A stretch of DNA of 64,000 nt from an uncultured Acidobacteriota bacterium (GTDB lineage Bacteria; Acidobacteriota; Terriglobia; UBA7540), in contig CAWDSK010000006.1 in NCBI GenBank assembly GCA_963804995.1, positions 1,152,001 through 1,216,000 of the forward strand. The letters are read 5' to 3'. The notes under the pieces are model-generated. The model had not been told where the DNA came from. It made no database searches and saw nothing but the letters and a program-made list of their open reading frames with translations. A program made the position numbers and the translations under genes. Below are positions 1-8,908 of the stretch, one piece after another. Positions within the stretch are counted from its first letter, which is position 1; each line of letters starts with the position of its first letter.

Positions 1-227
1 AGATACTGGAGGACTTTCGCGAGAACCTCTTGCGCAACGGAGTCCGCGTCCCGGAAGAATACTGGAGCGCGGATCAGGACTACCTGAAGCTGCACCTCAA
101 GGTTGAAATTATCAATCTGGTTTTTGGCCTGGCGCGCGGGGATGAAGTCGAGGCCAAGGGCGACCCGCAAGCCCAACAGGCCTCCCGCCTCTTTCCCCGC
201 GTCCCGCAAATCCTGAAAGGGCAGTGA
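1..227 (+). CDS. 3' end of a CDS running in from the window edge, possibly an S41/CtpA-like C-terminal processing peptidase
   Basis: Frame open from position 3. The helical tail (EIINLVFGL...DPQAQQA) resembles S41 peptidase C-termini from memory only. Confidence 0.4.
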   Translation, partial: ILEDFRENLLRNGVRVPEEYWSADQDYLKLHLKVEIINLVFGLARGDEVEAKGDPQAQQASRLFPRVPQILKGQ

Positions 228-300
228 CCCCGGTTTCTCGGGAGGGGAAGAACTAGGTTGACTTCATCGAAGACGTGATAGTCAGAGGCGCGCGGCAGGA

Positions 301-537
301 TTATGCCACGTGCCTGTCGAGATAGTCGGGATCATCAAAGGAGCTCGCCGGTTCGTGAGCCTTACGCCCGTAAACCTTTTCGTAGGCTTGGCAGAACGGA
401 CACACTCTGTTTTCGATTCGCTTCACAAAGTTGAAGGCCAGGCCCCGCTGCTTCCAGCGGGCATGTTTGCAGACTGGGCAATCCACGCAGCGCTGGGCCA
501 TGGCTCGGTCGCGGTCCGTAATCGTCTCACCCTTCAT
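301..537 (-). CDS. Small Cys-rich hypothetical protein
   Basis: 78 aa with CVDCPVC and CPFC motifs; GGAGG upstream of the ATG. Confidence 0.65.
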   Translation of the reverse strand: MKGETITDRDRAMAQRCVDCPVCKHARWKQRGLAFNFVKRIENRVCPFCQAYEKVYGRKAHEPASSFDDPDYLDRHVA

Positions 538-664
538 AATTTACGCCTCCCGCAACATCCTCAGCATTTCCCATAACTTGGCGCTGCTTGCCACCCAAAA
601 GTCCTCCCGGATTCCCCTGCCGCCGCCCATAGGGGAAATCGCGTACCCCTACCGAATTTTTCTG

Positions 665-693
665 TTGCACTATGGTTGCCAAATGTGTATACT
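665..693 (+). promoter_or_regulatory. sigma70-type promoter of the cold-shock gene, giving a ~140-nt 5' UTR
   Basis: TTGCAC-17nt-TATACT; long 5' UTRs are typical of csp genes. Confidence 0.6.
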
Positions 694-838
694 AAAAACG
701 CTTGATGAGCGTTTGTGACCGAACACCACGATGACGGAGGCCGCAAAATCGTTGATTTTGTGGCTTTTTCTGTTTATGGCGAGCGGTAATGACACGCCAA
801 CAAGTTAATCTCAAACAATCAAAGGAACACCGAAACAA

Positions 839-1045
839 ATGGACAGAGAACAAGGTATCGTGAAGTGGTTCAACAATTCGAAGGGCTATGGATTCATCCA
901 GCGCTCTTCCGGAGATGACGTCTTCGTGCATCACTCCGCTATTCAAGCCGAAGGCTACCGCTCGCTCAACGAAGGTGAAGCCGTGGAATTCGCCGTCACC
1001 AAGGGCCCCAAAGGCCTGCAAGCTGAGAACGTCAAAAAGCTCTAA
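839..1045 (+). CDS. cspA: Cold-shock protein
   Basis: RNP1 (KGYGFI) and RNP2 (VFVHHSAI) motifs, 68 aa. Confidence 0.97.
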   Translation: MDREQGIVKWFNNSKGYGFIQRSSGDDVFVHHSAIQAEGYRSLNEGEAVEFAVTKGPKGLQAENVKKL

Positions 1046-1119
1046 GCCCAACCCAGATCCCTGCCCGCGCCTTGCACTCGGGCAACGGCGCGGGCGGAAA
1101 TCCCGGAAAGGAAGCCACC

Positions 1120-1413
1120 ATGCAAATCCAATATCTAGGATTTCGACTCAAGCAGCATGGCCGGGACTACACCTACCGGGTGGTCGTCAACCAAGCCGAA
1201 GACCGCGAGTTTATCTTCAGTATCTCTAACCGCTCCTTTGCCGAAACTCATTTGCCTTTTCAGGATGCTGCCGCCCTCTGCTATCAGAAACTTCAAAAGG
1301 CCCTGGACCTGGAAACGGCAGAGCATCCCCTACCCCGCTGTTCCACCCTATCGGCTCAGGAACTCGACGCCTACCGCGAAGCCCATCGCCCCGCCCGCAA
1401 GCGCTCCTGGTAG
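1120..1413 (+). CDS. Hypothetical protein sharing a domain with 5683..6480
   Basis: ATG at 1120 after AAGGAAG; aligns by eye with the N-terminus of the 5683..6480 protein. Confidence 0.8.
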   Translation: MQIQYLGFRLKQHGRDYTYRVVVNQAEDREFIFSISNRSFAETHLPFQDAAALCYQKLQKALDLETAEHPLPRCSTLSAQELDAYREAHRPARKRSW

Positions 1414-1504
1414 AGACTTTCCGGCGAACATCCTTGCAACCACCCAAAGTGTGGTCTACCATCCGCACTCCGGATTAATGCAGCACACACCCTGAGGCCA
1501 CATT

Positions 1505-2674
1505 ATGACCATGTCATCCAAGCAAAGATTCCTCGCCGCGTTGCAACGGCGCAAGCCTGACCGCCTGCCCGTAACCACCCACCACGTCATGCAGTATTAT
1601 CTCGACAAGTACGAGGGGGGGATTTCCAGCCAGGAATTCTTTGCGCGCTATGGCCTGGACCCCATCACCTGGCACGTGCTGCACAGGCCGGCGGCCGGCA
1701 GCGGTGACTTCTTCGATCCTTTGCAGGGCGAGCCCGGGTTTTTGGAAGCGCGCCGCATTTCGTCCCCCGGATGGAGAATTGAGCCGGAAGAGATTCCTGA
1801 TGAGACTTACAAAACTGTCCGCTATCGTTTCGTGACGCCCAAGGGCACGCTCACCATGATGACGCAATCCAACGCCCAGACCACCTGGGTCAGCGAGCAC
1901 CTCGTCAAGAACCACCGCGATATCGACCTGATCGGGGAGTTCGTTACTTCTCCCCGGTGCGATGTCGAGGCGACGAACCAGGTCGTCGAGCAATACGGTG
2001 AGCGGGGCCTGGTGCGCAGCCACATTCCCTGCTTCGACGTGTACGGGCAACCGGGCACCTGGCAAGACGCTTGCTGCCTTTATCCCACCGAGCAGCTTAT
2101 CCTCGCGACCTACGACGATCCCACCTGGGTACACGAATTCCTGGGAATCCTGCACCGGCGCAAAAAGACTTATATCCGCTCCATGGCGGGGGCGAAAATT
2201 GACCTGGTGGAACTCGGGGGCGGTTCGGCCTCGTCCACGGTTATTTCACCCAAGCTTTTCGACCAGTTCGTGGCGCCCTACGATACGGAGTTGATCGCCC
2301 TCGCTCACCAGGCCGGCCAGCGGATTGTCTATCACACCTGCGGCGGCATGATGCCCATCCTCGAAAGAATCGCCGCCATGCAGCCCGATGCCATGGAAAC
2401 CTTCACGCCCGCCGCCATGGGGGGCGATATGATCCTGGCTGAAGCCAAACGGCGCATCGGCGACCGCGTCTGCTTTGTCGGCGGGTTCGATCAGTTTCAC
2501 TGCCTGGTGGATTGCACTCCGGAAGCCACGCGCGCCGCCGTACGTCAGTGCTTCGAGGACGCAGGCGAAGGCGGTGGCTTCATTCTCTCCCCCTCAGACC
2601 ACTTCTTCGATGCCGACCCACGTTTGGTTGCAGCTTACGCTGACGAAGGGCGCCAATGCGTCTACAGGGCGTGA
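1505..2674 (+). CDS. Uroporphyrinogen decarboxylase (URO-D/CIMS-like) family protein
   Basis: N-terminal SKQRFLAAL..KPDRLPV, YHTCG, and C-terminal GGGFILSPSDH motifs. Confidence 0.85.
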   Translation: MTMSSKQRFLAALQRRKPDRLPVTTHHVMQYYLDKYEGGISSQEFFARYGLDPITWHVLHRPAAGSGDFFDPLQGEPGFLEARRISSPGWRIEPEEIPDETYKTVRYRFVTPKGTLTMMTQSNAQTTWVSEHLVKNHRDIDLIGEFVTSPRCDVEATNQVVEQYGERGLVRSHIPCFDVYGQPGTWQDACCLYPTEQLILATYDDPTWVHEFLGILHRRKKTYIRSMAGAKIDLVELGGGSASSTVISPKLFDQFVAPYDTELIALAHQAGQRIVYHTCGGMMPILERIAAMQPDAMETFTPAAMGGDMILAEAKRRIGDRVCFVGGFDQFHCLVDCTPEATRAAVRQCFEDAGEGGGFILSPSDHFFDADPRLVAAYADEGRQCVYRA

Positions 2675-2741
2675 TAATCCATAGCGCAGCGCGGCGGAGT
2701 CGCAACCAACGCGTCTCGTAGGGGTGCCCCTCGGCATCGGG

Positions 2742-3038
2742 AGCGAAATTTCGGAGTGCGGGAGCTTGCTCCCGCTTTTGCCACCGCTGACTCGTCAGCG
2801 GTCGGCGTATCGCCGGATCGAGTTGCGGCGCGGGAAAGCGGCGACGAGTCGCCGCACTCCGAAATGAGAGCCTGCACCACCCCTGCCGCAAAGCGAAATT
2901 TCGGAGTGCGGGAGCTTGCTCCCGCTTTTGTCACCGCTGACTCGTCAGCGGTCGGTGCATCGCCGCATCGAGTTGCGGCGCGGGAAAGCGGCGACGAGTC
3001 GCCGCACTCCGAAACGAGAGCCTGCACCAGCCCTGCCG
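2742..3038. repeat. Two tandem ~150-bp copies of a palindromic GGAGTGCG...CGCACTCC element; reverse copies at 39101-39215 and 54317-54430
   Basis: Direct repeat with offset 150, terminal inverted repeats and internal hairpins. Confidence 0.9.
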
Positions 3039-3133
3039 GAAACGCTTGGGATGGCACGCGCGCCTCGGCAACGCACAGCCAGTCCGTTGCTCCCAGGAGC
3101 AACCCCCTCCACTCGAAACGAATCCCACCTCCG

Positions 3134-4309
3134 ATGATGTATCGTGCGCGGTTGGCAACCATCAACTTGGGCTGGCATACCATCGCGTTGGCTGTGGGGG
3201 CAGCGCTCCTTTGCGCACGCCTGGCGTGTGGCCAGAGTCCGAACTCCTCTCCCCGCCAAGCTGACACAGAAAATTACAAGCTCAGGGTGCACTCGAACCT
3301 GGTTTTTCTCCCCACCCGGGTTGAGACAAAGGAGGGCGAGACCATCTATGGACTCAAGGCGGAGCAATTCATCGTTGAAGACAATGGCATCCGCCAGGCC
3401 GTGGAGGTTGACGAAGACCCTGATTCCCGGGGCTTATCCCTGGTGGTGGCGGTGCAATGCAGCAGAGCGGCGCCGGCGGAATTCAGAAAGCTCAAGGGCC
3501 TCAGCGCCATGATCGATGAAATAGTCGGTGATGCCCCGCACGAGGTTGCGGTGCTCGCCTATGGCGAAAGGCCTTACGTGCTTGACGACTTCTCCCCCCA
3601 TGCTGAAGCCGTTCCTTTGGCCTTGTCGAAGCTCAAACCCTGCGGCGACTACCATGCCGTTACAATCGATGCAGTCTTTTTCGCCATCAACATGCTGAGG
3701 CGCCGGCAGAATCATTACCGCCGCGCCATCCTACTGATCAGCGAAACACGCGACCACGGGAGCCGCGCCAAACTCGATGAAGTGGTTGCCGAACTCGGGG
3801 TCACTGACACCGTGATCTATTCGGTCGCATTTTCCCCAGCCCGAGATGATCTTATCCATGGTCTCCGCTATGGCATTGATCAGCCGCAAGCTCCCGTCTT
3901 CACCGCTCCGCCACCCTCCTCCGGCCCACCGCCCACTGTGGAATCGGACTCATCCTCGGCTGCCTTGACCGAACCCTTGTACACAGAGCATCCGCCTCTT
4001 TTGGAACTACCTCCGGAAGTGCAACTGATAGCTAATGCCCTGAAGCCGAACGCTGCGTCTGAACTCGCCGGTCTCTCCGGTGGCGAGTACATCAACTTCA
4101 CGACGCAGAGGGGGTTTGAGCAAGGCTTACAGCGTGTCTCCGGCCAGATCCATGATTATTATGTGCTCAGCTTCAAGCCGTCAGCCGGCCCTGGCATGAG
4201 CCTTCATTCCCTCCGGGTTCGCGTTGCAGGTTATCCGGACGCCGTGATACAGAGTCGAAGATCCTATTGGTCGGGAATCTTCGAGTCTTCAACCGGGGAC
4301 GGTCGATAG
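3134..4309 (+). CDS. Secreted VWA-domain protein (VWFA-related, Acidobacterial type)
   Basis: Signal-like N-terminus; LVFLPTRV, RRAILLISETRD, LSGGEY, YYVLSF motifs. The upstream ORF extension is translated repeat DNA. Confidence 0.8.
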   Translation: MMYRARLATINLGWHTIALAVGAALLCARLACGQSPNSSPRQADTENYKLRVHSNLVFLPTRVETKEGETIYGLKAEQFIVEDNGIRQAVEVDEDPDSRGLSLVVAVQCSRAAPAEFRKLKGLSAMIDEIVGDAPHEVAVLAYGERPYVLDDFSPHAEAVPLALSKLKPCGDYHAVTIDAVFFAINMLRRRQNHYRRAILLISETRDHGSRAKLDEVVAELGVTDTVIYSVAFSPARDDLIHGLRYGIDQPQAPVFTAPPPSSGPPPTVESDSSSAALTEPLYTEHPPLLELPPEVQLIANALKPNAASELAGLSGGEYINFTTQRGFEQGLQRVSGQIHDYYVLSFKPSAGPGMSLHSLRVRVAGYPDAVIQSRRSYWSGIFESSTGDGR

Positions 4310-4617
4310 AGACATTCGCCCACAGGTACAAGCTGGCCGACGCAGGCTACCGTGCTTCGCGCCGCTGACGGGATTGTGATTCCCGCACAAACCCAAACTC
4401 GGTTCGTAACCAAAGGCCCCTTAAATGAAGAGGCTTATCTAAACCTAGTGACGAAAGTTAGACTCCTGGGATTGGACACAACCAGGCTGATCCGGATGGC
4501 TGGAAAGAAATAATCGGGCGCACCTCAGTGCGTCGTATTCTGCAAGGTAACGTTCGACCACAACGAACGAAACGGATTGTGGATACTCGATCCCCCGGTG
4601 GGTAGAGAGGAGGTTAA

Positions 4618-5061
4618 ATGAAGAAGCCAAAAATGCAGCAGGTGTGGCAGGCGATCAGTTATATTCTGTGCTTTCTCTTGGCATTGCGAATCACAGACGG
4701 CCTCGACGGAACGGAGTTTAGTGGAGGGTGGCTTACGGGCCCGCTGCTCTCGATGGCCGATATGGGAATCCTTCTTTTCGTGCTCGCTTTTGTCGTGACA
4801 TTCGCGTTTCCGAGGGTCGCTGCGGTGCTCGGACTGGCGTCATCGCTGCTCTGCTTACCACTTTATCTGTTCTTCATCGCACCAGTTCCATTCAATCAGG
4901 TCTTCGGATTTGGGCATCAGTTCAGTGTTCAGCCGGCTCCGGGCCTCCACTGGGGAAAATGGACAGTGACAGGCTTACTCACCCTCGTCCTTACATGTTT
5001 CTTGTGCGCTCGCCGAATCGCAGAATGGAATAGGCCCGAGAAACTGCCGGCCCAACCATAG
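4618..5061 (+). CDS. Hypothetical membrane protein (~4 TM)
   Basis: GAGGAGG RBS; hydrophobic segments. Confidence 0.7.
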   Translation: MKKPKMQQVWQAISYILCFLLALRITDGLDGTEFSGGWLTGPLLSMADMGILLFVLAFVVTFAFPRVAAVLGLASSLLCLPLYLFFIAPVPFNQVFGFGHQFSVQPAPGLHWGKWTVTGLLTLVLTCFLCARRIAEWNRPEKLPAQP

Positions 5062-5347
5062 GCCGAAGCGGTCCGCACCGTCGGCTCTCCCAAGTGCCGA
5101 CCACCCCGATCCGCTCTTCATCCTAGTGATTTACCGAGCGCCGGCACTTCCGCTCGATGCCCCACCGACCGCGTTCTCATTTACGCAGGATTGCCGAAAG
5201 CACACGCTGATCGGGGTGGCTGGAGAGAAATAATCTGGATTTAGAGGCGTACGGCTGCGGCGTCGCAGACCCGGCGCCGCGCGAGCGTCCTCAGCACGGG
5301 CCTTCCCTCTGCGATGACCATTACAAAATGCAGCCCCTGCAGCTCAG

Positions 5348-5569
5348 CTAAGCCTGAGCCTGAACAGCGGCTTTCTTGCGGCGTCTGGCGGGGGAAGGTT
5401 TCGGTGGAAGGGTTTCGTCGGACAGCTCAACCACCATAATCTTGGTGACAAATTTCTTCGGTCCATGCAAGTGGAAATCAATCGAGGTACGTTCGGCGTC
5501 CGACTCGGTTACCACACCGAGTCCGTATTGAAAGTGCCTGACGCACCGGCCTTCCGGGAGTGATTGCAT
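5348..5569 (-). CDS. Small hypothetical protein (SH3/Tudor-like beta fold possible)
   Basis: AAGGAG RBS; G.CVRH..YGLGVV pattern and basic tail. Confidence 0.7.
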   Translation of the reverse strand: MQSLPEGRCVRHFQYGLGVVTESDAERTSIDFHLHGPKKFVTKIMVVELSDETLPPKPSPARRRKKAAVQAQA

Positions 5570-5682
5570 ATTAGTCTCCTTTTTGGCGAGCGGATTATGG
5601 AATTAAGGGAACCCTGCCTATACCTACATGCCTGACTGCGAGCGCCGGCCGATCTTCGGAGCGGCGGAAATTCTGGCCCTGG

Positions 5683-6480
5683 TCAGGCGGTGGCGAACTG
5701 AGCCTGGCGCAAAGCCAGAACGCTCTCTACGGCGCTCTTCACCACCTGAGTCAACTCGTTGACGGTGAAGGGAGGCACAATGAAATCAAACGCCCCGCCC
5801 CCCATAGTATCCACATAGAGCCTGACATCGACCAGGCGCGAAACAATAATGACCTTCACGGCCTGCTCTGACTCGAGCGCGTGCTTGACGACGTCCGTCC
5901 AGGCGGCATCCGGCAACTGGGCCTCGGTAAACACCAGGTGGGGCGGATTCGCCGCTCTCAGCAGCGGCCAGGCTTCCTCGCCTGTTTCAAGCCAACGGAC
6001 CTGGATCGATTGCAATTCCAGAGCCTGCTGAAGCAGACGTAAGGTATGGCCGGGTCGATGCAACAGGAGCGCCGTGATTTTCTCTTTCAAGGGATTTTTC
6101 CTCGGTTCCGAGAGCCCCTGCCAGGGCGCTGCCGGCGGCACGAGTGCCTGTGCGTCTGGAGGTTCCGGGGAAAACGGCTCTCTTTGCCCGAACGGCTTTT
6201 TTACGGGTGGGTAGTGCCGCGCCAGATACTCGCGGATGTCCTGCTCATTGATTTGCAACTCGAGCTGCGCGCCCGCCGACGGTGTCTCCCGGCCCAACTC
6301 CTGCTCCAATCGCTCAAAACAGATGCCGGGGCCATCCTGGAGTTTCAGGGAGGCCCAATGATTCGTGTCGGAGTGAATTCTGACCGTGAATTCGCGTGGC
6401 TCCCGGGCGGCCTCGAGCACGCGGAAGGTGTAGGTCCGTGAATTTGCCACTGCCTCAAACCCGCCGTACTGAATATGCAT
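5683..6480 (-). CDS. Unknown N-terminal domain fused to an atypical response-regulator receiver domain
   Basis: C-terminal LVFTE.QLPD, VIIVS, GAFDFIVPPF; phosphoacceptor Asp and conserved Lys are not evident. Confidence 0.8.
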   Translation of the reverse strand: MHIQYGGFEAVANSRTYTFRVLEAAREPREFTVRIHSDTNHWASLKLQDGPGICFERLEQELGRETPSAGAQLELQINEQDIREYLARHYPPVKKPFGQREPFSPEPPDAQALVPPAAPWQGLSEPRKNPLKEKITALLLHRPGHTLRLLQQALELQSIQVRWLETGEEAWPLLRAANPPHLVFTEAQLPDAAWTDVVKHALESEQAVKVIIVSRLVDVRLYVDTMGGGAFDFIVPPFTVNELTQVVKSAVESVLALRQAQFATA

Positions 6481-6932
6481 AACTCTTACCCGCTCGCTGC
6501 CCGCAAGCCTTGACCCCTAAAGTTTGGACTGAGGGCGGAGGTGGCGCCGCTGGATCTTGTCCCGTGCGCCGTGATCGGCTCAAGCTTGAGAAGCTGTGAA
6601 GAAATCCCATCAAACCTTTCACCGCGGAGACGCGGAGGCGCAGAGGTTTGAAAACAAAGGGTCATTTCTCAGCGTCTCAGCGGTGAAAATGGTATTTTTT
6701 CACACCTTCCGAACCGTGGGCCGCCGTCCTACTTGGCCACGGCAAGAACCGGCTCTGGTATTTTGCTCATCAGCGCCTTCCGCAATTCTCGCATTTGCTT
6801 GCGGAGAAGATTCCTGCGATTGTGCTGCCGCCCGAATCTGGCTTTGTCACCGTTTCTTTGAGACATCGTTCCCTCCTGGGTAGGCCCCAGAAACTTCTGA
6901 GTTCCGAGCAGAAGCCCCGCCCGCGTTCCCTT

Positions 6933-7283
6933 TCAGAGCGATTGGCTTCCCGGCGTCCGGCCGGTAATCGACGGCGTGGAAAACAGCGGTCCGGTCCTTA
7001 AGGCCACGAGCGAAATGAGAAACGCCACGATGCTGACCCATTCCACGCCCAGGAAAACCCTGTGTGGAAGCGTGACGGGCAGCGCCGGGTTAAAGAGTGC
7101 CGACATGGCGAGGAATACGATCCCCCAGATGTATTTGCGCATGCGCAAGGCCTGCACGAAAACCACAAGAGCGGCCACACAAACCACGATTTCGAGCCCA
7201 ATCCGGTAGCCGGCAGAAGAACCGAACAACATTCCGAATAGCAAGGTAGTGGCAGAAAGCCCCTTCATAATGCTGGTGAACAT
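6933..7283 (-). CDS. Small membrane protein (DUF6804-like)
   Basis: Hydrophobic helices with the W....A...LFNP..P motif. Confidence 0.7.
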   Translation of the reverse strand: MFTSIMKGLSATTLLFGMLFGSSAGYRIGLEIVVCVAALVVFVQALRMRKYIWGIVFLAMSALFNPALPVTLPHRVFLGVEWVSIVAFLISLVALRTGPLFSTPSITGRTPGSQSL

Positions 7284-7491
7284 TAAAAGCCCCGTTTCTT
7301 TTTCGCTTGGCCGGTGAAACTAGTGGAAGGCGTGGGCCAGCCGCGGACGACCCCTGAGAGTCTTCGCCCTCCGGCCGCTCGGCGCAGAGGTGGAAATCCC
7401 AGGGCGCTCGCCGATGCAGCGCGGTTGCAGATAATCTGAAGCGGTTCAGATGACCTGGAAGGTGAGGAAAGTGCGGCTCATCTTCTCCATT

Positions 7492-7520
7492 AGATTAAGT
7501 GAATTAACTTGTATTGTCAA
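7492..7520 (-). promoter_or_regulatory. sigma70-type promoter divergent from the XRE regulator
   Basis: Minus strand TTGACA-17nt-TAATCT in an AT-rich patch. Confidence 0.55.
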
Positions 7521-7581
7521 GTGGAATCTGTCAATCTCGAAGCCGGATTCATCATCTTTGGTTAAGTCAAGGAGCAACCCT

Positions 7582-8439
7582 ATGGATATGGCCCTGGTCC
7601 TCCGGCAACGCCTGGAACAACTGGACCTCGAACAGCGGAATCTCGCGTCGGCGGCGCAGGTCACGGAATCGTATATCTCTCAGTTGCTCGCCGGCAAGAA
7701 AGCGCCTCCTGCTCCCGGTCGCACGGATATCTACGACAAGCTGGAACAGGTGCTGGGGTTCCCCAAGGGTGAGCTGGCGCGGATCGCGGAACTCCAGCGC
7801 CAGGAAGTGGTGAAACGCAAATTGGGTGTCACCACTGCCCCGCTCTTCCAGGAGATTCGGGATCTGGTCCTGCGCAAATGCCATCCCGACAAACAGAAAT
7901 CGGTGCGCGCCATCTTTGAGCAGCAACCCTTCGGCGAGCTCGAACGTTTGGTGACGCAGAAGCTTCTGGAAGTGGTGAAGGGCGTGGTCAGGAAGGAACT
8001 GGATAATGAAAAGTGGCTGCGCCGCGTGGCGCAACTCAGCCGCCACAGTTACGAACAGATACGCGTTACGATTCTGGATTTCCTGGATCAGGATGTCTTT
8101 AACGTGTCGCCGGAAAACTGTGTGACCTTCCTGCAGCCGCTGATTGAATCCTGGGATATCGATCTTGCCACGTTTGGCATGGATATCGTCCTGAACCACC
8201 GCGTGGCCCCGGGACACCCCAAGAAATTCGAGTATGTGGAAAGGGAGCCCGAATCCAATCCGAAGGATGAACCCGGTTTTACCGCCTTCCTCGAGACCAC
8301 TTCCCTCAGCAAGGACGCCACCAAGGACGAGATCGAGTTTCTGCGAAAGCTGCGCTTCGACTCGCGGCGGCCCACTCCGCTTTATTATTATCGCGAACTC
8401 CAAAACCTGCGCGACCCCCTGCATTTCCGCCCTTCCTAG
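7582..8439 (+). CDS. XRE-family helix-turn-helix transcriptional regulator
   Basis: QRNLASAAQVTESYISQLLAGKK HTH; AAGGAG RBS before ATG 7582. Confidence 0.85.
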   Translation: MDMALVLRQRLEQLDLEQRNLASAAQVTESYISQLLAGKKAPPAPGRTDIYDKLEQVLGFPKGELARIAELQRQEVVKRKLGVTTAPLFQEIRDLVLRKCHPDKQKSVRAIFEQQPFGELERLVTQKLLEVVKGVVRKELDNEKWLRRVAQLSRHSYEQIRVTILDFLDQDVFNVSPENCVTFLQPLIESWDIDLATFGMDIVLNHRVAPGHPKKFEYVEREPESNPKDEPGFTAFLETTSLSKDATKDEIEFLRKLRFDSRRPTPLYYYRELQNLRDPLHFRPS

Positions 8440-8649
8440 TGTGCGGTATTCTTAAAAGAAGAAAGGTTCGGTCGCTGGGTTGTGGCTGCACAGTACCGTG
8501 CACGCTGCGAGACTCTGAGGTGGGACACAAGTGTAAGAGCCGGAGGGGGTAAATCTGCCCGTCCAGCCGGGCGCGGGTTGAAGAGGCGGGCTCGGCCTCG
8601 CCTGCTGTCCCACTCCAATTTTGCAGGCCCCCCGACGTTTTGAAAGCAA

Positions 8650-8702
8650 GTGGGACTGTCCCACAAGTTGGGCTCCGCGGGGCATAGCGAGCGAGGTCCC
8701 AC
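8650..8702 (+). repeat. GTGGGAC...CTCCGCGGGGC.TAG...GTCCCAC element; copies at 26028-26082 and 49472-49524
   Basis: Three dispersed copies with 7-bp terminal inverted repeats and a conserved core. Confidence 0.8.
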
Positions 8703-8908
8703 TTATTTCCCCACCCTCATGCGTTTTCTTCCTATGACTTTTCACGTGTGCCGCCGCCGCGCTAAGCTTCCATCTGGAGGCTTGTGCATCAGGCCTTCGC
8801 TCCGCCAGGCCCGCCAAGACTTTCTCTTCCCCTGGCGCTCACAAGTGTGGATAATGGCGCAGGCGGCGCGGGACATCTCAGACCTGCGGCGGCCCAAGGG
8901 ATATCATC

